DNA of 62,577 bases from an uncultured Lachnospiraceae bacterium (GCA_902784165.1 CACZTL010000004.1:1-62577); one strand, 5' to 3'; positions 50,286-60,754 are shown, numbered from the stretch's first letter. Program-made: numbers and translations. The notes: generated from the sequence alone by a model not told the origin.

Positions 50286-50813
50286 TCACATAACAGACTT
50301 TAATTCCCCGACCGATTCAAGAAAACGTATCCGCCCTCTTTCCTGAGGTGTTATAAAGCCTTCTTCAACCATTTTGTCATACTGACCCTTAAAATGATTA
50401 TAATAACCGTCTACATTAATAAGAGTGCAAAGACCGTTTAGCTGATCAATTCTCGCAAGCGACATGATCTCAGCTATCTCCTCTATCGTACCAGGACCAC
50501 CCGGAAGCGCAACAAAAACATCCCCCAAGGCTATCATCTTAGCCCGTCTTTCGCGTATGTCATCAGTCATGATCAGCTTATCAAGGTTGGGATGCAGCCC
50601 TTCTATCCCTTTTAGATTCTCCGGAAACACGCCTATCACATTGCCTCCTGCTTCAAGCACCGCGTCGGCAACTACACCCATGAGTCCCTGATCAGAGCCT
50701 CCGTAAACGAGTGAATGCGAATTCTCTCCTATAAATCTGCCTAACTCTTCGGCCGCTTCCCTGAAAGCCGGATTTTTACCCGGGTTTGACCCCATATAAA
50801 CTGTTATGTTCAT
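50286..50813 (-). CDS. LOG-family (TIGR00730) nucleotide phosphoribohydrolase
   Basis: ATG 50813 behind AGGAGA. Motifs VYGGS and LPGGPGTIEE. Confidence 0.85.
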   Translation of the reverse strand: MNITVYMGSNPGKNPAFREAAEELGRFIGENSHSLVYGGSDQGLMGVVADAVLEAGGNVIGVFPENLKGIEGLHPNLDKLIMTDDIRERRAKMIALGDVFVALPGGPGTIEEIAEIMSLARIDQLNGLCTLINVDGYYNHFKGQYDKMVEEGFITPQERGRIRFLESVGELKSVM

Positions 50814-50829
50814 AAATATCACTCTCCTA

Positions 50830-51504
50830 TTATATGTTTTCTATCTGCCAGTCTATACCTTTTATGCCCCGGTCCTCAAGAAATGAATTTGTTTTTGAAA
50901 AATGTCTGCAGCCGAAAAATCCCCTGTACGCCGAAAGCGGACTTGGGTGCGGAGCTTTGAGTATCAAGTGCCCCGGATTTGTAAGAAGCTTCTCTTTTCT
51001 TTGCGCCGGCGCTCCCCAAAGAAGAAAAACAATGGGTCTGTCTTGTGTGTTTAAGGCAGTGATAGCCGCATCCGTAAACTGCTCCCAGCCGATACCTGCA
51101 TGGGAATTAGCCTCATGCGCCCGTACTGTAAGCACTGTATTAAGAAGCAAAACCCCTTCCTCTGCCCACTTTGTAAGACATCCATTGTTTGGAATGAAAC
51201 ACCCCAGATCACTTTGCAGCTCTTTATAAATATTTACCAGGGAAGGAGGTATCTGAATTCCCGGTTTAACCGAAAAAGACAGACCATGTGCCTGTCCGGT
51301 GTTGTGATAAGGATCCTGTCCCAGTATTACTGCTTTAACTTTACTCAAGGGCGTCAGATGAAACGCATTAAAAATATCATCAGGAACAGGAAAAACAGTA
51401 TGTATTTTATACTCATCACATACCGTTTCGTAAAGCTTTTTATAATACTGTTTTGAAAACTCGCCCTTTAGCGCATCGCGCCAGTCGTTATTAATCTGTG
51501 CCAT
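50830..51504 (-). CDS. ung: uracil-DNA glycosylase
   Basis: Motifs GQDPYH and HPSPLSA. ATG 51504 is preferred over the TTG at 51510. Confidence 0.92.
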   Translation of the reverse strand: MAQINNDWRDALKGEFSKQYYKKLYETVCDEYKIHTVFPVPDDIFNAFHLTPLSKVKAVILGQDPYHNTGQAHGLSFSVKPGIQIPPSLVNIYKELQSDLGCFIPNNGCLTKWAEEGVLLLNTVLTVRAHEANSHAGIGWEQFTDAAITALNTQDRPIVFLLWGAPAQRKEKLLTNPGHLILKAPHPSPLSAYRGFFGCRHFSKTNSFLEDRGIKGIDWQIENI

Positions 51505-51516
51505 AAACAATAAGGA

Positions 51517-52278
51517 TCAGAGATCCACCTCTACTCCGTTTTCTTTCAAATATTCCTTGAGCTCACGTATCCCAACCTCTTTAAAATGAAAAAGTGAAGC
51601 CGCAAGCGCAGCAGCTGCATTACACTCCGTAAATGCAGCAAGTATATCCTCTTTTGAGCCTGCTCCTCCGGAGGCTGTTACGGGAATACTGACCGCTTCC
51701 GCAACCGCTTTCGTAAGACCGATATCATAACCTTTTTTTTGTCCGTCCTCATCCATGCTGGTAAGTATAATCTCACCGGCTCCGAGCTCTTCAACCTGCT
51801 TTGCCCACTCCACTACATCCATATCAGCATCAACAGTACCGCTGTTTCTGACCACAGACCAGCCTGAACCATCCTTTCTTCTTACCGCATCTATGGCAGA
51901 AACCACTCTCTCAGATCCAAACTCCTCTGCAAGCTCTTTTAAAAGCTCCGGGTTTAATATCGCTGCGGAATTAACAGCTGCTTTGTCGGCTCCCGCCCCG
52001 ATAACTGCCCTGAATTCTTCAGCACTGTGTATGCCGCCTCCGACTGCAAAAGGTATAGTCACAACCTCAGCTACCCTTCTGACAAGATCAAGCTTTGTAG
52101 CTCTGTCATCAGTTGTTGCAGTTATATCAAGAAGGACAAGCTCGTCCGCGCCCTCAGCGCAGTACGCCTTCGCTATCTCCACAGGATCACCTGCATCCTT
52201 CAGATCTACAAATGATACACCTTTAACTACTCTTCCGTCTTTACAATCCAGGCAGGGAATGATCTTTTTCTTGCTCAT
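51517..52278 (-). CDS. hisF: imidazole glycerol phosphate synthase cyclase subunit HisF
   Basis: 253 aa. (beta/alpha)8 HisF blocks [39 protein letters not shown]. Confidence 0.88.
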   Translation of the reverse strand: MSKKKIIPCLDCKDGRVVKGVSFVDLKDAGDPVEIAKAYCAEGADELVLLDITATTDDRATKLDLVRRVAEVVTIPFAVGGGIHSAEEFRAVIGAGADKAAVNSAAILNPELLKELAEEFGSERVVSAIDAVRRKDGSGWSVVRNSGTVDADMDVVEWAKQVEELGAGEIILTSMDEDGQKKGYDIGLTKAVAEAVSIPVTASGGAGSKEDILAAFTECNAAAALAASLFHFKEVGIRELKEYLKENGVEVDL

Positions 52279-52408
52279 GATGCGCCTCCGTAAATTTTTA
52301 GATTATTGAGAATTATCTTTTTATGAATACGGTTATATTTTACTGTATTATACATAAATAACGCAAATTTTTTTTTGTACTTTTATCAATACGCAGTTAT
52401 AAATATGC

Positions 52409-52437
52409 AGTGTATCAAAGGGTCGTTAGTGTGTCAA
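52409..52437 (-). promoter_or_regulatory. possible hisF promoter built from repeat termini (TTGACA-17-TACACT)
   Basis: The -35 at 52432..52437 is inside the type B copy. The -10 at 52409..52414 is inside the adjacent solo end fragment. Confidence 0.4.
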
Positions 52438-52461
52438 AGGGGACGGTTCTGCTGACACACT
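52428..52461 (+). repeat. type B short element
   Basis: AGTGTGTCAAAGGGGACGGTTCTGCTGACACACT, 11 nt from the mtaB stop. A solo left-end fragment AGTGTATCAAAGGG lies at 52409..52422. Confidence 0.9.
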
Positions 52462-52472
52462 ATTACAGCCGT

Positions 52473-53825
52473 TTACAGCAACCGGCCAATAACATAATCT
52501 TCACCGGCAACAGAGACGATTTCCTCAAGCTTCACGCTTACCATACTGCCCTCAAGCCCTTCTTTATTTATCGACACCAAGACCTTTATATACCTTCGGG
52601 TATGACCTACATAAAAGGCGTCGCAGCCACCGGGCATATACTCCGCAGGCAGCGCGCCCTTCCAAAGCTCTTCTATCAAAACCTCATCAGTTGTTCCTAC
52701 AAAGGTCTCAAGACCCTTTCTCTTAAACTCTGCAGCCTTTTGAATCAACAATGCGCTTCTTAAGCGCTTTACCTTTCCTTCGACCTGCCTCGGCATATTT
52801 GCTGCCGGAGTTCCCGAGCGAGGTGAAAAAGCAAAAACATGTATATCAAAAAAACCGACCTTTTCAACAAACTTCAGGGTTTGAGCAAATTCTTCATCTG
52901 TCTCTTCCGGGAAACCGGTAATTATATCGGTAGTTATACTCGGACGATCATAGTATTTGCGAAGCATATCACATTTACTAAGATACTCATCACAGGTATA
53001 GCGTCTGTTCATTCGCTTAAGAACACCGTCGGATCCGCTCTGTAGTGAAAGATGAAAATGCGGACACAGCTTTGTTACCGGTTTTATTTTTTCTAAAAAC
53101 TCACTGCTTACAAGTCCGGGCTCAAGCGAGCTTATCCGGACCCTTGTTAATTCCGAAACTTCCTGAAGTGCAAGCAGCAAATCAGCAATACCTCCGCCGG
53201 AATCAAGATCGGTTCCGTAAGCTGACATATTTATACCGGTAAGGACGATTTCTTTAATCCCTCCCGCAGTAAGCCTTCGAACTTCCTCAAGCACATCCGG
53301 GATCTTGCGGCTCCTCACCCTTCCTCTGGCATATGGAATTATACAAAAGGTGCAGAACTGATCACACCCGTCTTCTATCTTAATAAATGCCCTGGTATGT
53401 TTAGGGGTTTCATTAACGGGAAGCGTTTCGTAATCCGTTTTCTTTTTAAGATCGCTGACGGTAATCCGCCTGATCCCGTCCTTTAAAAAGTCCTGTATAC
53501 TCTCTATAAGCTTACCCTTGTCATTGCTGCCGAGGCAGATATCAAAGCCTTCCCTCTCAAGATCAGACTTTTTGCTTGTCTGCACAAAACACCCCACGGC
53601 AACTATAACAGCCGCGGGGTTAAGCGTACGTGCTTTATGTAGCATCTGCCTTGATTTTCTGTCTGCAATATTAGTTACGGAACAGGTATTAACTATATAT
53701 ACATCCGCAGGTACTTCCCCTGCAAATGCAACTATCTCAAAGCCTGCCGCCTTAAGAGCCTGTTCCATAGCCTCTGTTTCATATGAATTTGTTTTGCAAC
53801 CTAAATTATGAAGAGCAGCCTTCAT
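52473..53825 (-). CDS. mtaB: tRNA methylthiotransferase, MtaB type
   Basis: 450 aa. N-terminus HNLGCKTNSYE, radical-SAM CDQFCTFC, C-terminal TRAM. Confidence 0.82.
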   Translation of the reverse strand: MKAALHNLGCKTNSYETEAMEQALKAAGFEIVAFAGEVPADVYIVNTCSVTNIADRKSRQMLHKARTLNPAAVIVAVGCFVQTSKKSDLEREGFDICLGSNDKGKLIESIQDFLKDGIRRITVSDLKKKTDYETLPVNETPKHTRAFIKIEDGCDQFCTFCIIPYARGRVRSRKIPDVLEEVRRLTAGGIKEIVLTGINMSAYGTDLDSGGGIADLLLALQEVSELTRVRISSLEPGLVSSEFLEKIKPVTKLCPHFHLSLQSGSDGVLKRMNRRYTCDEYLSKCDMLRKYYDRPSITTDIITGFPEETDEEFAQTLKFVEKVGFFDIHVFAFSPRSGTPAANMPRQVEGKVKRLRSALLIQKAAEFKRKGLETFVGTTDEVLIEELWKGALPAEYMPGGCDAFYVGHTRRYIKVLVSINKEGLEGSMVSVKLEEIVSVAGEDYVIGRLL

Positions 53826-53869
53826 TTATATATACCTCATCAACTGCTTATCCACTAAAACCTCCCGCT

Positions 53870-53938
53870 AGTGTGTCAGAACGGGGACAGTCCCTTTGTG
53901 TCAACGTGACACAAAGGGACTGTCCCCGTTCTGACACT
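53870..53938. repeat. nested palindromic element, type A, full length (2-nt terminal deletion)
   Basis: Spacers AAC/GTT and loop ACG. Lies between the trpB2 terminator and the mtaB start. Confidence 0.93.
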
Positions 53939-53948
53939 ATAACCGGGC

Positions 53949-53988
53949 AAAAAATACACCCCGTAAATAGTTTTGCAGAACCGGGGTG
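53949..53988 (-). terminator. intrinsic terminator after trpB2
   Basis: Minus strand: CACCCCG-(18-nt loop)-CGGGGUG followed by UAUUUUUUG. Confidence 0.65.
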
Positions 53989-54021
53989 CATTAATTCATG
54001 TATGGTAAGAAGAAAAAACAA

Positions 54022-55392
54022 TTATACTTCGGGAATTCCGGCAAATCCCTTTGCGAGCTCTTCATCTGTAGGAATATGATCGCTCATAGTTCCGTCATTG
54101 TACTGCTCATATGCCTTCATATCAAAATATCCTGTTCCGGTAAGACCGAATATAATAACCTTTTCTTCGCCTGTTTCTTTGCATTTTAAAGCTTCATCGA
54201 TAGCCGCGCGTATAGCATGACCTGACTCAGGCGCCGGAAGTATACCCTCTGTGCGTGCAAACTGTGTAGCCGCCTCAAAAACAGATGTCTGCTCAACGGC
54301 AACAGCCTCCATAAGACCGTCATGATAAAGCTGTGAAAGCACCGGACTCATACCGTGATAACGAAGACCTCCTGCATGATTTGCCGAAGGTATAAAACCA
54401 TGACCGAGAGTATACATCTTAGCCATAGGACAAACCATACCAAGATCAGCGAAATCATATGCAAACTTACCCTTTGTGAAGCTTGGACAAGATGCCGGCT
54501 CTACGGCAATCAGTCTGTAATCGGCTTCACCCCTGAGCTTCTCCCCCATAAACGGACTTATAAGGCCTCCGAGGTTTGATCCTCCTCCCGCGCACCCTAT
54601 AATGATGTCAGGCTTTATTCCGTATTTCTCACAGGCAGCCTTTGTCTCAAGACCTATCACGGACTGATGAAGAAGAACCTGGTTAAGCACGCTTCCTAAA
54701 ACGTAACGGTATCCTTCTGTTTTCGTTGCAACCTCTACCGCCTCAGAGATAGCGCAGCCAAGAGATCCTGTCGTTCCGGGATTTTCCTCATTTATCTTTC
54801 TTCCTATCTCTGTATCCATGGATGGAGATGCTGTAACAGACGCACCATAGGTTCTCATCACCTCTCGTCTGAATGGCTTTTGCTCATAAGATACCTTAAC
54901 CATGTATACCTTACAATCAATACCGAAGAAAGCGCTTGCCATAGAAAGAGCTGTTCCCCACTGACCTGCACCTGTTTCCGTAGTCACTCCTTTAAGGCCC
55001 TGCTTCTTTGCATAATATGCCTGGGCAATAGCGGAATTAAGCTTATGAGATCCGGAAGTATTGCTTCCCTCAAACTTATAAAAAATCTTTGCAGGCGTAT
55101 CAAGAGCCTTCTCAAGAAATTCAGCATGGATAAGCGGCGACGGACGATACATACGATAAAAGCTCTGGATCTCCTCAGGTATCGGAATATCTCTTGTCTC
55201 ATCATCGAGTTCCTGCTTTATAAGCTCATCACAAAAAATAGGCTGCATCTCTTCAAATGTGAGAGGCTGCTTTGTCCCCGGATGGATGAGCGGCTCCGGC
55301 TTATTCTTCATATCCGCACGGACGTTATACCAGGTCTTAGGTATCTCGTCCTCCTCAAGAAATATTTTGTAAGGTATCTCTGAAATATTCAT
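54022..55392 (-). CDS. TrpB2-type tryptophan synthase beta subunit-like PLP enzyme
   Basis: ATG 55392 behind AGGAG. PLP-Lys GSHKLNSA. The long N-terminal extension EIPKTWYNVRADM is typical of TrpB2. Confidence 0.85.
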   Translation of the reverse strand: MNISEIPYKIFLEEDEIPKTWYNVRADMKNKPEPLIHPGTKQPLTFEEMQPIFCDELIKQELDDETRDIPIPEEIQSFYRMYRPSPLIHAEFLEKALDTPAKIFYKFEGSNTSGSHKLNSAIAQAYYAKKQGLKGVTTETGAGQWGTALSMASAFFGIDCKVYMVKVSYEQKPFRREVMRTYGASVTASPSMDTEIGRKINEENPGTTGSLGCAISEAVEVATKTEGYRYVLGSVLNQVLLHQSVIGLETKAACEKYGIKPDIIIGCAGGGSNLGGLISPFMGEKLRGEADYRLIAVEPASCPSFTKGKFAYDFADLGMVCPMAKMYTLGHGFIPSANHAGGLRYHGMSPVLSQLYHDGLMEAVAVEQTSVFEAATQFARTEGILPAPESGHAIRAAIDEALKCKETGEEKVIIFGLTGTGYFDMKAYEQYNDGTMSDHIPTDEELAKGFAGIPEV

Positions 55393-55492
55393 GGTAATTC
55401 TCCTAATTATTTTTATGCAAACGAATGTGTTGCGGGTGTAACAATCGCGTACGGTAGTATTTTTACACACCCGGCACATTCACCTGCATTGT

Positions 55493-55521
55493 ATCATACC
55501 ACGCGAGCCTCTATACCGCAA
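55493..55521 (-). promoter_or_regulatory. trpB2 promoter (TTGCGG-17-TGgTATGAT)
   Basis: Minus strand: -35 at 55516..55521, extended -10 at 55493..55501. Leader about 90 nt. Confidence 0.45.
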
Positions 55522-55596
55522 TGTTATTTTTAAACTTCTGTATCAACTATAGCAGAAAACCACCACTGCCTGACACAAACTCTTACATCTTATTTT

Positions 55597-55624
55597 TTGA
55601 CATATGTATGAAATTGTGTAAAGT
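55597..55624 (+). promoter_or_regulatory. possible promoter of the ferredoxin-type gene (TTGACA-16-TAAAGT)
   Basis: Plus strand: -35 at 55597..55602, -10 at 55619..55624. Long AT-rich leader. Confidence 0.35.
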
Positions 55625-55789
55625 CTAAGCTCGGAAAACCTTATTATATTAAAGTCTATATTGAAAAAAACAAAAACATATAAACTGATATTTTTCATAC
55701 AAAGCTCTGCTTTTGTAGTAAAATATAACCAAGAAAAAATTCAAATTAATTTTGGTATCTGCTTTAAACCAAAAAAGGAGGAAACTGTC

Positions 55790-56176
55790 ATGATACGCAA
55801 GATAATAAATATAGATCAGGAAAAATGTGAAGGGTGCGGCACCTGCATTACCGAATGCAACAAAGGCGCCATACAAATTGTTGAAGGTAAAGCTACTCTG
55901 ATAAATGCCAACGTTTGCGACTCCTTAGGCTCGTGTATACCTAAGTGTCCTATGTATGCCATAAGCTTCGCAGAGTGCGATGTTGTCGAGTTTGATAAAG
56001 ACAAAGCAATAAATGAGATGCTGAGGAAGATGCTTGTCGACACTCCTCCGGCCTTTCCTCCCTCTGCATTTTCCGGTATGGGCAGTCACTGTCCTTGCAT
56101 GGACTTCAGTAAATCGAGAAAGTCATCCGGTGGTATTGAGGAGGAGGAATTTGTCGCCGACGCAGTAACAGCCTGA
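55790..56176 (+). CDS. 4Fe-4S dicluster (ferredoxin-type) domain protein
   Basis: ATG 55790 behind AAGGAGG. Cluster motifs CEGCGTCITEC and CDSLGSCIPKCP. This is the only plus-strand gene in the window. Confidence 0.75.
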   Translation: MIRKIINIDQEKCEGCGTCITECNKGAIQIVEGKATLINANVCDSLGSCIPKCPMYAISFAECDVVEFDKDKAINEMLRKMLVDTPPAFPPSAFSGMGSHCPCMDFSKSRKSSGGIEEEEFVADAVTA

Positions 56177-56186
56177 ATAAATAAAT

Positions 56187-56211
56187 ATGCCCGTATTGGG
56201 TGTGTTTTTTT
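56187..56211 (+). terminator. possible terminator after the ferredoxin-type gene
   Basis: Plus strand: AUGCCC-GUAUU-GGGUGU (two wobble pairs), then G and U7. Confidence 0.4.
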
Positions 56212-56239
56212 ATTTAGAGAAGATTTGTCCGAAAATGAA

Positions 56240-56272
56240 AGTATGTCAACGGGAACTGTTCTACTGACACAC
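56240..56272 (+). repeat. type B short element
   Basis: AGTATGTCAACGGGAACTGTTCTACTGACACAC, between the ferredoxin gene and tRNA-Gly. Confidence 0.85.
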
Positions 56273-56293
56273 AACCGTCTTTGAAATAAAAAA

Positions 56294-56366
<73 letters not shown>

Positions 56367-56381
56367 AAAAGCACAATATGT

Positions 56382-56410
56382 ATACTACACTAACATAGCA
56401 TACATGTCAA
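56382..56410 (-). promoter_or_regulatory. tRNA-Gly promoter (TTGACA-17-TAGTAT)
   Basis: Minus strand: -35 at 56405..56410, -10 at 56382..56387, about 15 nt upstream of the tRNA 5' end. Confidence 0.6.
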
Positions 56411-56539
56411 GTGCTTTTTTAAATTTTTTTTTATTTTTTTATTATTTTCAGCTTGTTTTCAAAACATCCAGCTTAATGTCAGACGGTAACTATCGCCATC
56501 TTTCACAATTATCGTGATGCTTTGTTATTAAACAGGTAT

Positions 56540-57703
56540 TTACTTTACAACCCTTACCTTAATAACGCCTTCTATGGCCTCAAGAGAACTGATCAGCGCA
56601 TCATCCGCAGCCTTATCCACATCAAGAAGTGTGTAAGCATAATCATCCTTAGACTTATTGGTCATGTCGGAAATATTTACACCGGTATCACCGACTGCTG
56701 CGGTAATCTTGCTTATGGTGTTAGGCACATTCTTATGAAATACGGCTATACGTCCGGCGTGCTCGGGGATACCCATATCACAAGCCGGATAATTAACGGA
56801 ATTTCTGATATTACCGTTCTCGATATAATCCATAAGCTGCTCAACAGCCATAAGCGCGCAGTTCTCCTCCGCCTCTCTTGTAGAAGCTCCGAGGTGAGGG
56901 AATACGATCACATTCTCCTTGCCTGCCACAGTAGGATTAGCGAAGTCTGTAACGTATTTGCTGACTACTCCGTCCTCAATAGCCTTAAGCATCTCCGGCT
57001 CATCTACAAGGATGTCACGGGCACAGTTAACGATAACAACTCCAGGCTTCATCATAGCAAACTGCTCTTTGCCTATCATACCCTTTGTAGAATCAAGAAG
57101 AGGCACATGGATAGTGATATAATCGCACTCTCTGTAGATATCCTCAAGATTAGACGTATGCTTAACCTTTCTTGAAATATTCCATGCGGCATTTACGGAA
57201 AGATAAGGATCATAACCGTAAACCTCCATCTTAAGGTCTATGCAGGCATTAGCCACAAGGCGACCGATTGCCCCAAGACCAATTACGCCAAGCTTCTTGC
57301 CCTTAAGCTCCTGTCCGCCGAATGCTTTTTTAGCCTTTTCAGCCGACTTTGCGATATCAGGATCTGAAGCATTATCTTTTACCCACTCGGCTCCGCCTAT
57401 AAGATCTCTTGACGCAAGAAACATAGCTGCAAGCACCTGCTCCTTTACGGCATTGGCGTTAGCTCCGGGAGTATTGAAAACAACAATCCCCTCATCAGCG
57501 CATCTGTCAAGAGGTATATTGTTCACACCCGCGCCGGCACGCGCTACGGCAAGCGGATTCTTACCGAATTCCATCTCATGCATCTTTGCGCTTCTTACGA
57601 GTATGGCATGAGCCTCCTCAAAAGAAGCATCGGTATTATAATTATCAGGAAGCACCGAAAGTCCTGATTCCGAAATATTATTCAGACAATGAATATTTAT
57701 CAT
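56540..57703 (-). CDS. serA: D-3-phosphoglycerate dehydrogenase
   Basis: 387 aa. NAD fold GVIGLGAIGRLV and a C-terminal ACT domain. Adjacent to serC. Confidence 0.87.
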   Translation of the reverse strand: MINIHCLNNISESGLSVLPDNYNTDASFEEAHAILVRSAKMHEMEFGKNPLAVARAGAGVNNIPLDRCADEGIVVFNTPGANANAVKEQVLAAMFLASRDLIGGAEWVKDNASDPDIAKSAEKAKKAFGGQELKGKKLGVIGLGAIGRLVANACIDLKMEVYGYDPYLSVNAAWNISRKVKHTSNLEDIYRECDYITIHVPLLDSTKGMIGKEQFAMMKPGVVIVNCARDILVDEPEMLKAIEDGVVSKYVTDFANPTVAGKENVIVFPHLGASTREAEENCALMAVEQLMDYIENGNIRNSVNYPACDMGIPEHAGRIAVFHKNVPNTISKITAAVGDTGVNISDMTNKSKDDYAYTLLDVDKAADDALISSLEAIEGVIKVRVVK

Positions 57704-57767
57704 AACTGTTCTCCGTTTTTTTATAATTTTAAAGTGTTATTATAACAGGTTTATTAAATATCGTCTA

Positions 57768-58850
57768 TTATGAATTAGCTTTTTCAAAGGCATCCATAAA
57801 CTCAACAAGCTTTTCAACACCCTCTATAGGCATAGCATTATAAATAGAAGCCCTCATACCGCCTACCGATCTGTGTCCTTTAAGGTTAATAAAGCCTGCT
57901 TCCTTTGCTTCCGAAATGAACTTAGCATTCATATCATCATCGCCTGTAACAAACGGTACATTCATAAGAGAACGCGCTTCAGGTACTACAGTTCCCTTAA
58001 AAAGAGAGCTTTGATCAAGGAAGTCATAAAGCACTGCGGCCTTTTTCTCATTATGAGTCTTCATAACCTCAAGTCCGCCCATATTCTTGATCCACTTAAA
58101 CACCTTGCCGCACATGTAGATGTTATAGCAGGGAGGTGTATTATAAAGAGAATCAGCATCTGCGTGCGTCTTGTACTGAAGCATTGTAGGAACACCGGGA
58201 ATTGCCTCCTCAGGAATAAGATCCTCTCTGATAGCACAGATAGTAACGCCTGCCGGTCCGATATTCTTCTGGGCGCCGCCGTAGAACATGGCATATTTTG
58301 AAATATCCATAGGCTCTGAAAGGAAGCATGAGGATACATCGGCTATAAGATCATGCCCTTTAGTATTCGGAAGCTCCTTAAACTTAGTTCCGTATATGGT
58401 ATTGTTTTCGCAAATATATACATAATCCGCATCCTCCGGTATGTCAAGATCGGAGCAATCCGGTATATATGAAAATGTCTTATCCTCAGAGGAAGCAACA
58501 CATACCGCATCTCCGAAAAGTGAAGCCTCCTTGTATGCCTTCTTTGCCCACTGACCCGTTACGATGTAAGCTGCCTTCTTATTCTTCATAAGATTTAAAG
58601 GAATCATCGCAAACTGTGTCGAAGCCCCGCCCTGAAGGAATAAAACCTTATAATTGTCGGGAAGACCCAAAAGCTCCCTGAAATCAGCCTCTGCCTCTTT
58701 TATTATGCCGTCAAACTCCTTTGAGCGATGGCTCATCTCCATAACAGACTGTCCCGATCCCTTGTAATCAAGCATCTCATCTGCTGCTTCCTTAAGAACG
58801 TCCTCGGGCAAAACTGCGGGACCTGCACTGAAATTATATACTCTTGACAT
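57768..58850 (-). CDS. serC: phosphoserine aminotransferase
   Basis: ATG 58850 behind AGGAGG. N-terminus MSRVYNFSAGPAVLP. Confidence 0.92.
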   Translation of the reverse strand: MSRVYNFSAGPAVLPEDVLKEAADEMLDYKGSGQSVMEMSHRSKEFDGIIKEAEADFRELLGLPDNYKVLFLQGGASTQFAMIPLNLMKNKKAAYIVTGQWAKKAYKEASLFGDAVCVASSEDKTFSYIPDCSDLDIPEDADYVYICENNTIYGTKFKELPNTKGHDLIADVSSCFLSEPMDISKYAMFYGGAQKNIGPAGVTICAIREDLIPEEAIPGVPTMLQYKTHADADSLYNTPPCYNIYMCGKVFKWIKNMGGLEVMKTHNEKKAAVLYDFLDQSSLFKGTVVPEARSLMNVPFVTGDDDMNAKFISEAKEAGFINLKGHRSVGGMRASIYNAMPIEGVEKLVEFMDAFEKANS

Positions 58851-58932
58851 AAATACCTCCTGCATACTTATATACTTTTTATCGCTATCACAGTATCTTT
58901 ACTACACTTACGACTGAGCTCTGAACTGCAAC

Positions 58933-60624
58933 TTATTTTTTCTTCTTCAGATCCTCAGCATCAAATGCCTCTGAAATATTTCCTCCCGGCGATACCATCG
59001 GGAATACCTTATCATCAGAGTCTATCAAACATTCTATCATAACAGGAATGTTTTGTTTTGTATTTTTTAATGCTTTCTCAAAAACTTTTTCAAACTCTTC
59101 TATCGTGTCTGCTCTGTATGCGGCAGCTCCCAAGCCTTCCGCAACCTTTACAAAATCCACCTTATCCTTAAGAGTTGTGTTGGAGTAACGCTTGTCGTAG
59201 AAAAGATCCTGCCACTGACGCACCATGCCCAGAACGTTATTATTTATAACTAACTCTATAACGGGAATTCCGTATCTTGAAGCCGTAGCAAGCTCATTCA
59301 TATTCATACGGAAGCAGCCGTCACCGGCAATGTTAACAACTACACTCTCAGGCGAACCTTTCTTTGCTCCTATGGCCGCGCCGAGACCGAAGCCCATAGT
59401 TCCAAGTCCTCCTGAAGTTAAAAGATGCCTCGGCTTTGTAAATTTATAATGCTGCGCCGCCCACATCTGATGCTGTCCCACATCTGTGACTATGATCGCT
59501 TCACCTTTTGTAAGCTCGTAAAGCTTTTCAATGATAAGAGGACCGTTAAGACGCTTATCATTTACCTTAACGGCATACTTCTTCTTAGCGTCATTTATCT
59601 CCTTAAGCCATTCCTTATGCGACTGCTGCTCAAGCTCTGAGTTAAGCCGTTTCAGAATCTCCTTTGCGTCACCTATAATACTTGTGGTCGCCTTGATATT
59701 TTTATTGATTTCCGCAGGGTCGATATCGATGTGTATTATCTTGGCATTCTTGGCAAACGATCTGGTATTTCCTGTATCTCTGTCGGAAAATCTTGCTCCG
59801 ATAACTATAAGAAGATCACACTTTGAAACACCGAAGTTCGACGTTTTTGTACCGTGCATACCAAGCATACCGGTATAGAGCTTATCCGTCTCGTCAAATC
59901 CGCCCTGCCCCATAAGAGAGTCAGTTACGGGAGCATCCATGAGATTAGCAAACTCATAAACTTCTTTTTCCGCACCGGACGCAATAACACCGCCTCCTAT
60001 AAATATATAAGGCTTTTTGGATTTCTTTATAAGCTCTATAGCTTTAGTTATATCCTTTTCAGTTATTGTTTCTGTTACCGGCTCTATTTTCTCCGGCTCC
60101 TTTGCCGTATAAGCACAGGTATTAGATGTAACATCCTTAGCGACATCTATGAGCACGGGACCCGGACGACCCTCTGCCGCTATCTTAAAAGCGCGTCTGA
60201 CAGTATCTGCAAGAACCTTTACATCCTTTACGATAAAGTTATGCTTTGTGATCGGCATGGTCACACCTGCTATATCTATCTCCTGAAAGGTATCCTTACC
60301 GAGCATAGCTACATTTACATTACACGTAATAGCAACAAGCGGGATAGAATCCATATACGCCGTAGCTATTCCCGTTACAAGGTTTGTAGCGCCGGGACCT
60401 GATGTTGCAAAGCACACGCCTGTTTTTCCGGTCGCTCTTGCATAACCGTCTGCTGCATGAGCTGCCCCCTGCTCATGTGAAGTAAGAATATGCTCAATCT
60501 CATCCTGATGCTTATAAAGAGCATCATATAAATTAAGAGCCGTACCGCCGGGATATCCGAATACAGTATCAACGCCCTGCTCCTTAAGGCACTCTACGAT
60601 TATTTCCGCACCGCTTATATTCAT
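58933..60624 (-). CDS. ilvB: acetolactate synthase large subunit (biosynthetic type)
   Basis: ATG 60624 behind GAGGTG. ThDP motif IAGDGCFRMN...N. Confidence 0.9.
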   Translation of the reverse strand: MNISGAEIIVECLKEQGVDTVFGYPGGTALNLYDALYKHQDEIEHILTSHEQGAAHAADGYARATGKTGVCFATSGPGATNLVTGIATAYMDSIPLVAITCNVNVAMLGKDTFQEIDIAGVTMPITKHNFIVKDVKVLADTVRRAFKIAAEGRPGPVLIDVAKDVTSNTCAYTAKEPEKIEPVTETITEKDITKAIELIKKSKKPYIFIGGGVIASGAEKEVYEFANLMDAPVTDSLMGQGGFDETDKLYTGMLGMHGTKTSNFGVSKCDLLIVIGARFSDRDTGNTRSFAKNAKIIHIDIDPAEINKNIKATTSIIGDAKEILKRLNSELEQQSHKEWLKEINDAKKKYAVKVNDKRLNGPLIIEKLYELTKGEAIIVTDVGQHQMWAAQHYKFTKPRHLLTSGGLGTMGFGLGAAIGAKKGSPESVVVNIAGDGCFRMNMNELATASRYGIPVIELVINNNVLGMVRQWQDLFYDKRYSNTTLKDKVDFVKVAEGLGAAAYRADTIEEFEKVFEKALKNTKQNIPVMIECLIDSDDKVFPMVSPGGNISEAFDAEDLKKKK

Positions 60625-60754
60625 ATATTTCACCTCTACTTATATTTTTCGCTTATTCAAGGATTCTTAACAAACACTTTCCTCAAAGGGCATTTTTGTT
60701 ATTAGGCCATAATATGAACATTATACCTGTTACAAAACCCTTTAACAAGCATTA

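Noticed and set aside
55393-55492. The leader of the TrpB2-like gene as a T-box or trp attenuator (hairpin GGGTGTGTAA...TTACACCC).
   Set aside because: No T-box consensus, no specifier-loop architecture, no leader peptide with Trp codons and no U-tract after the hairpin. It may be structured, but I cannot support a class.
55649-55876. 75-aa minus-strand ORF in the trpB2/ferredoxin divergent region.
   Set aside because: AT-rich low-complexity translation that overlaps the RBS and start of the plus-strand ferredoxin-type gene. No RBS.
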